Part shown: in pieces, positions 27,821-37,687 of the stretch
Layout of the letters: the number at the start of each line of letters is the position of its first letter
Position numbering within the stretch: the stretch's first letter is position 1
Origin: Caulobacteraceae bacterium
Lineage (GTDB): Bacteria; Pseudomonadota; Alphaproteobacteria; Caulobacterales; Caulobacteraceae
DNA: 50,473 nucleotides
NCBI GenBank assembly: GCA_050729395.1
Contig: JBOHLC010000198.1
Location: 1-50,473 of the forward strand
Reading direction: 5' to 3'
Notes under the pieces: generated by a model
Told to the model about the DNA's origin: nothing
The model's input: only the letters and a program-made list of their open reading frames with translations
The model's database searches: none
Made by a program: the position numbers and the translations under genes

Positions 27821-28393
27821 CTACGAGGCTGGGGTTGGCCCGGCTGGAGCGAGGCGCAGGCTGATGAGCGGCAGACGGGCGTTGATCGCCTGGATCACCG
27901 GCGCGGTGATGTCCATCGCCGGGTTGGCCCCGTAGAGATCCGCGCGCTCGACCACCAGGGCGCAGCGATGCTCGGTGAGAACGACGTCGAGGGCTGGCCC
28001 CATGGCCTTGCCGATCAGTTCCGCCGCGGCGTCGGACGTGCGCCGAAGCTGCGCGTCGCGGGTCTTGGCCGTCTGATCCAGGGCCTGGTAGCGCTGGCGC
28101 AGCTGGGCGACCGCTTCCTGGTACTGGGCCGCGGGCGTGGCCCCCTTGCGCGCGGCCAGCGCCCGGTCGTCGGCGACGATGGCGGCGCGCTGGGCGCCGA
28201 GTTCGGCGCGGATGCCCTGAGCGAATTGGGCGATCTGCTGATTGGCGCTGACGCCGGCCTGGGAGCGGTCGAGCGCCGCGCGCCGATCGAAGACGCACAC
28301 GCCCTGGATTGGGGGCCCGAAGGTCTGGGCCGGCGCCGGACAGGCCAGTGACGCGAGTCCGACGACGATCAGCGCGGCGAGAAGCTTCGGCAT
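27821..28393 (-). CDS. OmpH/Skp family periplasmic chaperone
   Basis: Signal peptide, GVCVFDR.A...S.AG, long Ala/Gln coiled-coil and C-terminal CALVVER...NPAMDITAPVIQAIN. Confidence 0.8.
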   Translation of the reverse strand: MPKLLAALIVVGLASLACPAPAQTFGPPIQGVCVFDRRAALDRSQAGVSANQQIAQFAQGIRAELGAQRAAIVADDRALAARKGATPAAQYQEAVAQLRQRYQALDQTAKTRDAQLRRTSDAAAELIGKAMGPALDVVLTEHRCALVVERADLYGANPAMDITAPVIQAINARLPLISLRLAPAGPTPAS

Positions 28394-28538
28394 CGGTGGG
28401 CTCCGGTTCGCGCAAGATGTCCCACGGCGTGGCCGGTCCGTCCATTATCACCGACCGCGCGCCTGCTAAGGTCCGGCATCGAGGCGGAGGTGTTGCGGAG
28501 GCTGGACCGGGCGTATTAGAGGCCGAAGGAGACCCGCA

Positions 28539-29399
28539 ATGACCGACATCGACGCCGCTGGCGACTTTCCAATGGGCGACCGCACGGTCAAGCGCATGGG
28601 CTATGGGGCCATGCAGCTGGCCGGACCGGGCGTCTTCGGCCCGCCAAAGGATCACGCGGAGGCGCTGGCCGTGCTGCGCGCGGCGGTGGCGGACGGCGTC
28701 GACCACATTGACACCAGCGACTTCTACGGCCCGCACGTGACTAACCAACTCATCCGCGAGGCGCTTCATCCGTACCCCGATGGCCTCACTATCGTGACCA
28801 AGGTCGGGGCGGTGCGCGGGGCCGACGCGTCGTGGAATCCCGCGCGCTCGCCGGCCGAATTGACGGCGGGGGTGCAGGGCAACCTGCGCAATCTGGGTGT
28901 CGAGGCGCTGGATGTGGTCAATCTGCGCGTGGGTCATGTCGGCGGGCCGAGCGAAGAGCCGATCGGGGAGCAGTTCGCCACACTGGCCGAACTTCAGCGC
29001 CAGGGCCTGATCCGCCACCTGGGGCTGAGCAACGTGACGTCCGCGCAGGTGGCGGAGGGCGGGGCCATCGCCGAGGTCGTCTGCGTGCAGAACTATTACA
29101 ATCTCGCGCACCGCGACGATGATCCCCTGGTGGACGAGCTGGCGTCCGCCGGCATCGCCTATGTGCCGTTCTTCCCGCTGGGCGGCTTCGCGCCGCTGCA
29201 GTCGCAGGTCCTCTCGGAGGTGGCGGCGGAACTGGAGGCCACGCCGATGCAGGTCGCGCTGGCCTGGCTGCTCAACCGCGCGCCCAATATGCTGCTGATC
29301 CCGGGCACCTCGTCCCTGAGCCACCTGCGCGAGAACCTCGCCGCGGCCGAACTGGTTCTGCCGGAAGACGCGCTGGCGCGCCTCAACGCGATTGGCTGA
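28539..29399 (+). CDS. Aldo/keto reductase (YdbC-like)
   Basis: RMGYGAMQLAG, HIDTSDFYGP, TKVG, GLSNV, VQNYYN and LIPGTSSLSHLRENL motifs. Confidence 0.93.
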   Translation: MTDIDAAGDFPMGDRTVKRMGYGAMQLAGPGVFGPPKDHAEALAVLRAAVADGVDHIDTSDFYGPHVTNQLIREALHPYPDGLTIVTKVGAVRGADASWNPARSPAELTAGVQGNLRNLGVEALDVVNLRVGHVGGPSEEPIGEQFATLAELQRQGLIRHLGLSNVTSAQVAEGGAIAEVVCVQNYYNLAHRDDDPLVDELASAGIAYVPFFPLGGFAPLQSQVLSEVAAELEATPMQVALAWLLNRAPNMLLIPGTSSLSHLRENLAAAELVLPEDALARLNAIG

Positions 29400-29460
29400 G
29401 CGCGCGAACCATCCGTCCCGCCGCGCGTTCGCGGCTTAGCTTTCAAGTCGGGAGAGGACG

Positions 29461-30057
29461 ATGACGCGAGCGGCTGAATTCTCGAGCGCGGGGCGGGCGG
29501 TCCGCCGCTACGACCAGGTCTCGATCATCCTGCACTGGCTGATCGCGGCGATGGTCGTCGTCCAGTTGTGCCTCGGCTGGTACATGAACGAGGTGCTGCC
29601 CGACCATTCGGCGGCCCAGGCCTCGGTGCGCGCGGTGCACATCTCCTGGGGGCTGACCATCCTCATCCTGGTGCTGATCAGGATCGCCTGGCGTCTGACC
29701 CACTGGCCGCCGCCGCTGCCTTCGGCCATGCCCCTGTGGGAGCGGATCTTCGCGCGCTTCACGCACGTGCTGTTCTATCTGCTGCTGCTGGTCCTGCCGC
29801 TGACCGGCTGGTCCATTGTGTCATTGACCGGCCATCCGATCCACTTCTGGGGCCTGCCGTGGCCGAGGCTGCCGGGCGTGGGCCTGATCTTCGGCTCGCC
29901 GCCGACAAAAGCCGTGCGCCATGCGCTCGCGCACACACATGTGTTCATCCTGATCTGGATCGTCGTCGTCACCCTCGCGCTGCACGTGGCCGGCGCGCTG
30001 TGGCTTCAGTTCCGCGGTCCTCGGGTGCTGTGGCGGATGACCTGGATGAAACCCTAG
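29461..30057 (+). CDS. Cytochrome b561 family protein
   Basis: RY...SIILHWL, HISWGLTIL, RIAWR, HVLFY...PLTGW and LHVAGAL heme-ligand pattern over four TM helices. Confidence 0.9.
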   Translation: MTRAAEFSSAGRAVRRYDQVSIILHWLIAAMVVVQLCLGWYMNEVLPDHSAAQASVRAVHISWGLTILILVLIRIAWRLTHWPPPLPSAMPLWERIFARFTHVLFYLLLLVLPLTGWSIVSLTGHPIHFWGLPWPRLPGVGLIFGSPPTKAVRHALAHTHVFILIWIVVVTLALHVAGALWLQFRGPRVLWRMTWMKP

Positions 30058-30120
30058 GTGGCTCGCGGGGCTCGCTTCGGCTAGAATTAGCGTGCCGCGC
30101 GGAACGCAGGGAGGCGGGCG

Positions 30121-30633
30121 ATGGGCCGGATCGTCTATGAAGTGCCACTCGTCACCCAAGGCGCCAACCCGATCTGCTGGGTGGCGTGCATGGCCATGGT
30201 GGCCAGCGAGCGGCGTGGCTATTCGGTGGGCGTCGACCACTTCACCGGCTTCGATCCGAGCAACGCCTCGATCGCCGACCCCGACGGCGGCGACTGGGCC
30301 GTTCTCTACCGGCTGTTGGGACGGGCCGGCTTCAATTACGCCGCGCTCAGCCCCAACCAGAGCGAGATCGAGAACACGCTGGCGAGCGTCGGCCCGTTCA
30401 TCCTCTCCCACAAGTGCGCCGGCTTTCCCTATGGCGCCGGCTGGGTGGCGCCCAAGACGGGCGTGCACGCGGTGGTCATCACCGGCTACGACTCGGCGAT
30501 CAACGGCGGCCAGTGCTGGATGAACAATCCGTGGGGCAACAAAGATCGCGCGATCCTGGCCTCGGCGATCGTCGCCGCCATCGTCGCCTGGCAGCCCATC
30601 GCCCAGTTCCAGATCTTCTACTGGAGGGGATAG
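30121..30633 (+). CDS. Papain-like cysteine peptidase (C39/C70-like)
   Basis: VPLVTQ....CWVACMAMV (Gln, Cys), HAVVITGYD (His) and NNPW; GGAGG RBS; no signal peptide. Confidence 0.8.
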   Translation: MGRIVYEVPLVTQGANPICWVACMAMVASERRGYSVGVDHFTGFDPSNASIADPDGGDWAVLYRLLGRAGFNYAALSPNQSEIENTLASVGPFILSHKCAGFPYGAGWVAPKTGVHAVVITGYDSAINGGQCWMNNPWGNKDRAILASAIVAAIVAWQPIAQFQIFYWRG

Positions 30634-30675
30634 GCCCCGCGGCGTGAGCTGGATTCGCGGGGGTCGCCTTGCGCA

Positions 30676-30750
30676 TGGTGGACGCGACAGGGATTGAACC
30701 TGTGACCCCCTCGGTGTGAACGAGGTGCTCTTCCGCTGAGCTACGCGTCC
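30676..30750 (-). tRNA. tRNA-Val(CAC)
   Basis: Reverse complement GGACGCGTAGCTCAGCGGAAGAGCACCTCGTTCACACCGAGGGGGTCACAGGTTCAATCCCTGTCGCGTCCACCA: acceptor stem, D arm, CCTCG/CGAGG anticodon stem with CAC, TTCAA T-loop and encoded CCA. Confidence 0.98.
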
Positions 30751-31469
30751 GTCGCAGGGGTGCGGGCTATAGCCTCCGCGCCCGGGGCAAGCAAGCGGAT
30801 GCAGGCGGGCGCGAGTTCGTCGAAATGGCCGATGAGGATATCGGGCGCGAGGCCGGCGGCGGGGATGTCGGTGTAGCCGTGATCGACGAGGATGATCGGC
30901 ACGTCCGCGCCGCGCGCGGCCGCGGCGTCGGATACCGAATCCCCGACCATGACCGCTCTGTCGATCTGGCCGCCGGCGTGGGCGATGGCGGCAATCAGAT
31001 GAGCCGGATCGGGCTTGGCCGCGCCGGCGAGATCCGGCCCGACCACGGCGGCGAAGCGGGCTTCAAGTCCCAGGGCGGCGAGTAGGGCGCGGGAGAGTTC
31101 GGTCGGCTTGTTGGTGCAGATGGCCAACCGCGCGCCGGCGGCGGCGAGGGCGTCCAGGGCCGCGACAGCGCCAGGGAAGGGCCGGCTCAGGGCGGCGATG
31201 CGCGCGCGATAGAGCGCGGCGAAACGCTCGGCCATGTCGGCCAGGCGCGGCTCGCTCAGCGCCTCGCCGGCCGCCTCGAAGCCACGCGCCAAGAGCGGCC
31301 GGGGACCGTGGCCGATCAGGACACGCACCTTGTCGAGGGTCAGCGGCGGCAGGCCCTCGTCGGCCAGGAGGGCGTTGGTCGTCTCCAGGATATCTGGTGC
31401 GGTGTCTACGAGGGTGCCGTCAAGATCGAACACGATCGTCGCGCCGGCGAGAGCGTCGTCAAAAGCCAA
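30741..31469 (-). CDS. gph: HAD hydrolase, phosphoglycolate phosphatase
   Basis: FDLDGTLVDT, CTNKP, KPDP and MVGDS motifs; divergent from glmU; TTG start with GGAG. Confidence 0.88.
   Translation of the reverse strand: MAFDDALAGATIVFDLDGTLVDTAPDILETTNALLADEGLPPLTLDKVRVLIGHGPRPLLARGFEAAGEALSEPRLADMAERFAALYRARIAALSRPFPGAVAALDALAAAGARLAICTNKPTELSRALLAALGLEARFAAVVGPDLAGAAKPDPAHLIAAIAHAGGQIDRAVMVGDSVSDAAAARGADVPIILVDHGYTDIPAAGLAPDILIGHFDELAPACIRLLAPGAEAIARTPATDA
30766..30794 (-). promoter_or_regulatory. Putative sigma70 promoter for tRNA-Val inside the 3' end of gph
   Basis: TTGCTT-N17-TATAGC on the minus strand, 15 nt upstream of the tRNA. Confidence 0.55.
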
Positions 31470-31539
31470 GCGCGCGACTCCAGTCGAAACGCGCCGCCTT
31501 TTTCGCTAAAGCCGGTCGCGTGGCAAGAGCGAGGACACG

Positions 31540-32904
31540 GTGGTGACGGCTGACGGACGCCGAAGGGCGGCGGTGATCCTGGCCGCCGGCAAGGGCGAGC
31601 GGATGAGATCGCCCAAGCCCAAGGTGCTGCACGAGGTGGGCGGACGGACCATGCTCGACCATGCCATCGATACGGCGCGGGCGCTGGGCTGCGAGCGCAT
31701 CGTGGTGGTGGCCGGGGCGCACGCGCCGGAGGTGGCCGCGCACGTGGCGGCGCGCCTCGGCGAGGCGGCCCTGGCGGTGCAGGATCCGCCGCTCGGCACC
31801 GGCCATGCCGTGCTCGCCGCGCGTCGCGCGCTGGCGGACTTCGACGGCGACATCGTGGTCACCTATGCCGACGCACCACTGCTGACCACCGGTTCGATCC
31901 AGCCATTGTTCGCGCTGCTGGCGGCCGGCGCGGCCATCGCCGTGCAGGGCTTCGAGGCGGCCGAGCCGGGCGCCTATGGGCGCATGATCCTCGCGCCCGA
32001 CGGCCGCCTCGAGCGCATAGTCGAGGCCAGGGATGCAACATCCAGGGAACTGGCTGTAAGGGTCTGCAATTCCGGCGTGATGGCCGCCGCCGCGGGCTTG
32101 CTTTTCCGTCTGCTCGACAAGGTCGGCAACGACAACGCCAAGGGCGAATATTACCTGACCTCGGTCGTCGGCCTGGCGCGGGGCGAGGGTCTGAAGGTAG
32201 CGGTGTCGATGGCCGAGGAGTCCGAACTGGCCGGGGTCAATTCTCAAGCCGAGCTGGCCGCCGTCGAGGCCTTCTTCCAGGCGCGCAGGCGGGCGGAAGT
32301 GATGGCGGCCGGCGTCACCCTGACCGCCCCCGAGACGGTGCATCTGGCGTGGGACACGAAAATCGGCGCGGGCACCAGCGTGGCGCCCTATGTGGTCTTC
32401 GAACCCGGCGTCGACATCGCTCCTGGGGCGACGATCCGGGCCTTCAGCCATTTCGAGGGGGCAAGCGTCGCCTCGGGGGCCATCGTCGGGCCCTATGCGC
32501 GGCTTCGCCCCGGCGCGGCGATCGGCGAGAACGCCCACATCGGCAATTTCGTCGAGGTCAAGAAGGTCAAGGTCGGGGCGGGCGCCAAGGCCAACCACCT
32601 GAGCTATCTGGGTGACGGCGAGGTAGGGGCGGGGGCCAACATCGGCGCCGGCACGATCTTCTGCAACTACGACGGCTTCGACAAATACGACACCTTCGTC
32701 GGCGAGAACGCCTTCATCGGCTCCAATTCGGCCCTGGTGGCGCCGGTGAGCGTCGGCGCGGGGGCCTATACCGGCTCCGGCTCGGTCATCGTGCGCGACG
32801 TGGCGGCCGACGCCCTGGCGCTCGGCCGCGGCCAGCAGGTCGAAAAGCCCGGCTGGGCGGTGGCGTTCCGCGCGCGCAAGCGAGCCGAAAAGGCGGCCAA
32901 GTGA
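31540..32904 (+). CDS. glmU: Bifunctional UDP-GlcNAc pyrophosphorylase / glucosamine-1-P acetyltransferase
   Basis: [44 protein letters not shown] and NYDG motifs; hexapeptide C-terminus. Confidence 0.97.
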   Translation: MVTADGRRRAAVILAAGKGERMRSPKPKVLHEVGGRTMLDHAIDTARALGCERIVVVAGAHAPEVAAHVAARLGEAALAVQDPPLGTGHAVLAARRALADFDGDIVVTYADAPLLTTGSIQPLFALLAAGAAIAVQGFEAAEPGAYGRMILAPDGRLERIVEARDATSRELAVRVCNSGVMAAAAGLLFRLLDKVGNDNAKGEYYLTSVVGLARGEGLKVAVSMAEESELAGVNSQAELAAVEAFFQARRRAEVMAAGVTLTAPETVHLAWDTKIGAGTSVAPYVVFEPGVDIAPGATIRAFSHFEGASVASGAIVGPYARLRPGAAIGENAHIGNFVEVKKVKVGAGAKANHLSYLGDGEVGAGANIGAGTIFCNYDGFDKYDTFVGENAFIGSNSALVAPVSVGAGAYTGSGSVIVRDVAADALALGRGQQVEKPGWAVAFRARKRAEKAAK

Positions 32905-33602
32905 GCGATATCGACGCCCAGAAGCGGGCCGCCGGGGCGGCGGCGGCCGAACTCGCGCAAAGCGGCATGACCGTCGGCCTCGGCACCGGCTCGACCGCGG
33001 CCTGGTTCGTGCGCGCCCTGGCCGCCCGGCGGCTTGATGTGGTCGGCGTGGCGACTTCCAAGGCGACGGCGGCGCTGGCCCGCTCCCTGCGCCTGCGCCT
33101 CGCCGAGCTGGACGAGGTCGAGACGATCGACCTTACCGTCGACGGGGCCGACGAGATCGGACCGGGTCTGGCGCTGATCAAGGGCGGCGGCGCCGCCCTG
33201 CTGCATGAGAAGTTGGTGTGGACCGCGTCGAAGCGGTGCGTGGTCATCGCCGACGCCTCCAAGCCAGCTGCTGTCCTGGGCGCCTTTCCCCTGCCGATCG
33301 AGGTGGTCGCCTTCGGCCACCGGCATACGGCGGCGCGCATCGGCGAGGCCCTGGCGGCATGCGGCATCACGGCCAAGCCGCGCCTCCGCGTGGGCGGCCT
33401 CAGTCTCAAGGGCGACGTAGCCGTGCGCACGGACAGCGGCAACCTTATCTATGACGCGCCGTGCGGGGCGATCGAGGCGCCGGCAGCGCTGGCGGCGGCG
33501 CTGAAAGCGGTCACCGGCGTGGTCGAGCACGGCCTCTTCCTGGGCCTGGCCGAACGGGCCCTGATCGGGACCGACGGCGGGGTTGAGACCCTTTGGCCAT
33601 GA
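32901..33602 (+). CDS. rpiA: Ribose-5-phosphate isomerase A
   Basis: [25 protein letters not shown] and GVVEHGLF motifs. Confidence 0.97.
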   Translation: MSDIDAQKRAAGAAAAELAQSGMTVGLGTGSTAAWFVRALAARRLDVVGVATSKATAALARSLRLRLAELDEVETIDLTVDGADEIGPGLALIKGGGAALLHEKLVWTASKRCVVIADASKPAAVLGAFPLPIEVVAFGHRHTAARIGEALAACGITAKPRLRVGGLSLKGDVAVRTDSGNLIYDAPCGAIEAPAALAAALKAVTGVVEHGLFLGLAERALIGTDGGVETLWP

Positions 33603-33620
33603 ACGGGAGAAGGGTGGACC

Positions 33621-34994
33621 GTGCCTCGCTACGACTATGATCTCTTCGTCATCGGGGCCGGCTCGGGCGGGGTGAGGGCGGCGCGTCTGGCGGCGATGAG
33701 CGGGGCCCGGGTCGCCGTGGCCGAGGAGCACCGGGTCGGCGGCACCTGCGTCGTGCGCGGCTGCATTCCCAAGAAGTTCATGGTCTACGCCAGCGAGTTC
33801 TCGTCCTACTTCAAGACGTCGGCCGATTTCGGCTGGTCGGCGCCGAAGGCGAAATTCGACTGGCCGACATTCCTCGAGCGCAAGGACGTGGAAATCGCCC
33901 GTCTCTCGGGCGTCTACGTGGCCAATCTGGAGAACGCCGGCGCCAAGCTGATCCACACCCGCGCCACCCTGACCGACGCCCACACGATCGAGCTTTCCGG
34001 CGAGCACGAGCCGGTGACGGCGGAAAAGGTGCTGGTCGCCACCGGCGCATCGCCGACCCTGCCCGACGACCTGCCGGGGATCGAGCACGCCATCACCTCC
34101 AACGAGGCGTTCCATCTGACCGAATTGCCCAAAAGCATCGCGATCGCCGGCGGCGGCTATATCGCCACGGAGTTCGCCGGCATCTTCAACGGCCTGGGCG
34201 TGGAGACGACGCTGGTTTACCGCGGCCCGATCGTGCTGCGCGGCTTCGACGACGACGTGCGCGCCCACATAACGCGCGAGATGGAGCGGCGCGGGATCAC
34301 GGTGATCGTCGGCTGCCGCCAGACCCGGCTGGAAAAGACCAGGACCGGCGTGCGCAGCCAGCTTTCCAGCGGCCATAGCCTCGAGAGCGACATCACTCTG
34401 TTCGCAACCGGCCGCGCGCCCAATACGAGCGATCTGGGCCTGGAGACGGCCGGCGTCACCACCAACGAGCGCGGCGCGGTGGTCGTGGACGACTATTCGC
34501 GCAGCACCGCCGACAACATCTGGGCGGTGGGCGATGTCACCGATCGGATCAACCTGACGCCGGTGGCCATCCGCGAAGGGGCGGCATTCGCCAACACCGA
34601 GTTCAATGGCCGGCCGACGCGCTTCGACCACGAGATGGTGGCCAGCGCCGTCTTCAGCCAGCCGCCGGTCGGCGCGGTGGGCCTGACGGAGGCCGCGGCG
34701 CGCCGGGCGGGCGGGAAGGTGACGATCTATCGCTCGCTCTTCCGGCCGATGAAGGCGACGTTCCACGGCGGCGACGAGCGCATGCTGATGAAGCTGGTGG
34801 TGGATGCCAAGAGCGACCGGCTTCTCGGCTGCCACATCGTCGGGCCCGACGCCCCGGAGATGATCCAGATGGCGGCCATCGCCCTCAAGCTCGGCGTGAC
34901 CAAGGCGCAATGGGACGACACCTGCGCGGTCCATCCGACGGCGGCCGAGGAGCTGGTGACCCTGCGCGAGCCGTATGTGCCGACGGAGCTGTGA
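33621..34994 (+). CDS. gor: Glutathione-disulfide reductase
   Basis: GAGSGG, GGTCVVRGCIPKK, GGGYIATEF, LTPVAI and HPTAAEE motifs. Confidence 0.96.
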   Translation: MPRYDYDLFVIGAGSGGVRAARLAAMSGARVAVAEEHRVGGTCVVRGCIPKKFMVYASEFSSYFKTSADFGWSAPKAKFDWPTFLERKDVEIARLSGVYVANLENAGAKLIHTRATLTDAHTIELSGEHEPVTAEKVLVATGASPTLPDDLPGIEHAITSNEAFHLTELPKSIAIAGGGYIATEFAGIFNGLGVETTLVYRGPIVLRGFDDDVRAHITREMERRGITVIVGCRQTRLEKTRTGVRSQLSSGHSLESDITLFATGRAPNTSDLGLETAGVTTNERGAVVVDDYSRSTADNIWAVGDVTDRINLTPVAIREGAAFANTEFNGRPTRFDHEMVASAVFSQPPVGAVGLTEAAARRAGGKVTIYRSLFRPMKATFHGGDERMLMKLVVDAKSDRLLGCHIVGPDAPEMIQMAAIALKLGVTKAQWDDTCAVHPTAAEELVTLREPYVPTEL

Positions 34995-34998
34995 GGGT

Positions 34999-36195
34999 TT
35001 AGTCCCGCACCATCGGTCGCCGGACCAGGATCAGCATCGCCGCGCCGGCCGCCGCGACCAGCGGAACCAGCGCCACCAGGACGCCGCTCGCACCGGCCCC
35101 GGCGGCCAGCAGGCCCGAAGCCAACAGCGGGCCGATGATGCCGCCGACGCGGCCGACCGCCACGCCGGCCCCGACGCCGGTTCCCCGGATCGCCGCGGGA
35201 TAGAAACAGGGCGAAATGCCGTTGAGCGCCACCGAGCCGCCGACAATGAACACCCCGGCCGCGAACCCCGCCGTTCCCGCCGAGGCCAGGTCGGCGCGCG
35301 CCAGGGCCAGGGCGAACGCCGCCAGGCCCGCGGCGGCGCACCAGGCCCCAAGAGCCCATACTCGCCGCCTGGTTTCGAGCAGCGGGGCGATGGTCAGGAT
35401 GCCTGCCACGCCGCCGAGGTTGAACAGCAGCGAAACCAGACTCGCCTCGGCCTTGCCGACCCCCTTGTCACCCATCAGGGTCGGTAGCCAGTTGAGCAGC
35501 AGGTAGAGGGTCATCACCCAGGCGAAACCGCCGACCCACAGCAGGGCCGTCGTCAGCGCTCGACCCTCGCCGAACAAGACCTCGAGCAACGCGGCGCGAC
35601 GCCTCTCGCGCACAGCCAGGAATCGTCCCGACTCCGGCAAGGCGAAGATCATGACCAAGGCGAGCGCGAGCGGCGCCGCGCCGCCCACCCAGAAGATCTC
35701 GCGCCAGGGAAGACTGGCCGCCGCCAGACCAGAGAGGGCGCCGCCGATTGGATAGCCGGCGGTCACCCAGGTGGTCACGCGCGCCCGCCCCTCCGACGTG
35801 GTCGCCTCGGCGGCCAGGGCGAGGATATTGGGCATGGCCCCGCCGATGCCCACGCCGGCGAGGATGCGGATGACGATGAGGCTCTGAAGGTTCCAGGCCA
35901 GGGCGGTGGCGGTGGTGAACAGGGCGAAGACAACGAGGGAGCCGATCATGGTCCACTTGCGGCCAAGCCTGTCGGCCACGGCGCCGCACACCATGGCGCC
36001 GGCCACCAGGCCGATGATGCTGGCGCTCAGCACAGGTCCAAGCTGGGCGCGGGTGAGGTGAAGAGCCGGGGCCAGGGCCGGGGCCGCCACTCCCATGGCC
36101 TGGTTGTCGTAGCCGTCGGCGAACGCCGCCAGCAGGCAGAGCCCGAGCGTCACGGCCGCCGGCCGGACACGCGAACTTTCCAACACCAAGGTCAT
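34999..36195 (-). CDS. MFS aromatic acid:H+ symporter (MhpT-like)
   Basis: [33 protein letters not shown] and [11 protein letters not shown]...GRVGGI motifs. Confidence 0.88.
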   Translation of the reverse strand: MTLVLESSRVRPAAVTLGLCLLAAFADGYDNQAMGVAAPALAPALHLTRAQLGPVLSASIIGLVAGAMVCGAVADRLGRKWTMIGSLVVFALFTTATALAWNLQSLIVIRILAGVGIGGAMPNILALAAEATTSEGRARVTTWVTAGYPIGGALSGLAAASLPWREIFWVGGAAPLALALVMIFALPESGRFLAVRERRRAALLEVLFGEGRALTTALLWVGGFAWVMTLYLLLNWLPTLMGDKGVGKAEASLVSLLFNLGGVAGILTIAPLLETRRRVWALGAWCAAAGLAAFALALARADLASAGTAGFAAGVFIVGGSVALNGISPCFYPAAIRGTGVGAGVAVGRVGGIIGPLLASGLLAAGAGASGVLVALVPLVAAAGAAMLILVRRPMVRD

Positions 36196-36307
36196 GTCCA
36201 GCGCCCCCGCATCGGCTCACTGTGGCATGCGCCAGGTTGCCGCGTCGACTTTGCCTTTTGGCGGCCAGTGGGCTAAGCCCGCGCCTCCCATTTTTGAAGG
36301 CAGGACG

Positions 36308-37687
36308 ATGAGTGAGCGGTGGACGCCCGCGTCGTGGAGAGCGCGGACCGCCAGGCATATTCCGGGCGACTACCCGGACCCCGCGGCCCTGACGCGCGTC
36401 GAGGGCGAACTCGCCCGCATGCCGCCGCTGGTCTTCGCCGGCGAGGCGCGGCGCCTGAAGCACCTGCTGGGCGAGGTGGCGGCCGGCCGCGCCTTCCTGC
36501 TGCAGGGCGGCGACTGCGCCGAGAGCTTCAAGGAGTTCTCGGCCGACAACATCCGCGACACCTTCCGCCTGATCCTGCAGATGGCGGTGGTCATGACCTT
36601 CGCCGGCGGCAAGCCGGTGGTGAAGGTTGGGCGCATGGCCGGGCAGTTCGCCAAGCCGAGGTCCGAGACGACCGAGACGATCGGCGGCGTCACCCTGCCG
36701 GCCTACCGCGGCGACATCATCAACGGCATGGAGTTCGACGCGGCCGAGCGGACGCCCGATCCGGAGCGGCTGCTCAAGGCCTACGGGCAGTCTGCGGCGA
36801 CCCTCAACCTGCTGCGCGCCTTCGCCGGCGGCGGCTACGCCGACCTGCACAACATCCATCGCTGGACCCTCGGCTTCGTCGACGGCAGCCCGCAGGGCGC
36901 GCTCTATCGCGAACTCAGCGACAAGATCAGCGAGGCGCTGACCTTCATGGAGGCGATCGGGGTGACGCCGGCCAGCCACCAGGATCTGGCCAGGGTGGAG
37001 TTCTTCACCTGTCACGAGGCCCTGCTGCTGGGCTTCGAGGAGGCCCTGACCCGCGTCGATTCCACCTCGGGCGACTGGTACGACGTCTCCGCCCACCTGG
37101 TTTGGATCGGCGAGCGCACACGCCAGCTCGACGGGGCTCATGTGGAGTTCGCCCGCGGGATCAAGAACCCGGTCGGCCTCAAGGTCGGACCGACGCTGGA
37201 GGCGGATGAGCTGCTGGCGCTGATCGACGCCCTCAATCCGGCCAATGAGCCCGGCCGGCTGACGCTCTACGGCCGCTTCGGTTCGGACAGGATCGGCGCG
37301 CGGCTGCCGGGCCTGATGGCGGCCACGCGGCGGGAAGGCAAGCAGGTCGTGTGGGCCATCGATCCCATGCACGGCAATACGCTCAAGGCCGCCAACGGTT
37401 ACAAGACGCGGCCGTTCGAGCGCATCCTCTCAGAGGTGCGCGATTTCATCGAGATCGCCCAGGCCGAGGGGGTCCATCCGGGCGGGGTGCATCTGGAGAT
37501 GACCGGTCAGAACGTCACCGAATGCACGGGCGGGGCGCGCGCGCTGACCGAGGGCGAGCTGGGCGACCGCTATCACACCCACTGCGACCCGCGCCTCAAT
37601 GGCGAGCAGGCGCTGGAACTGGCGTTCCTGGTGGCCGAGAAACTGAAGGCGCGGCGAGACTCGTCTCCCGCTCAGGCGGCCGAGTAG
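36308..37687 (+). CDS. Class II DAHP synthase
   Basis: [51 protein letters not shown] and CDPRLN motifs. Confidence 0.96.
   Translation: MSERWTPASWRARTARHIPGDYPDPAALTRVEGELARMPPLVFAGEARRLKHLLGEVAAGRAFLLQGGDCAESFKEFSADNIRDTFRLILQMAVVMTFAGGKPVVKVGRMAGQFAKPRSETTETIGGVTLPAYRGDIINGMEFDAAERTPDPERLLKAYGQSAATLNLLRAFAGGGYADLHNIHRWTLGFVDGSPQGALYRELSDKISEALTFMEAIGVTPASHQDLARVEFFTCHEALLLGFEEALTRVDSTSGDWYDVSAHLVWIGERTRQLDGAHVEFARGIKNPVGLKVGPTLEADELLALIDALNPANEPGRLTLYGRFGSDRIGARLPGLMAATRREGKQVVWAIDPMHGNTLKAANGYKTRPFERILSEVRDFIEIAQAEGVHPGGVHLEMTGQNVTECTGGARALTEGELGDRYHTHCDPRLNGEQALELAFLVAEKLKARRDSSPAQAAE

Noticed and set aside
30635..30662. Terminator between the peptidase and tRNA (CCCCGCG-N14-CGCGGGG)
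   Set aside because: The loop is long, there is no U-tract on either strand, and such GC stems are common by chance here.
30676..30700. tRNA-Val as attachment site of an integrated island to its left
   Set aside because: I found no integrase and no duplicated tRNA 3' end by eye, and the neighbouring genes have host-like GC.
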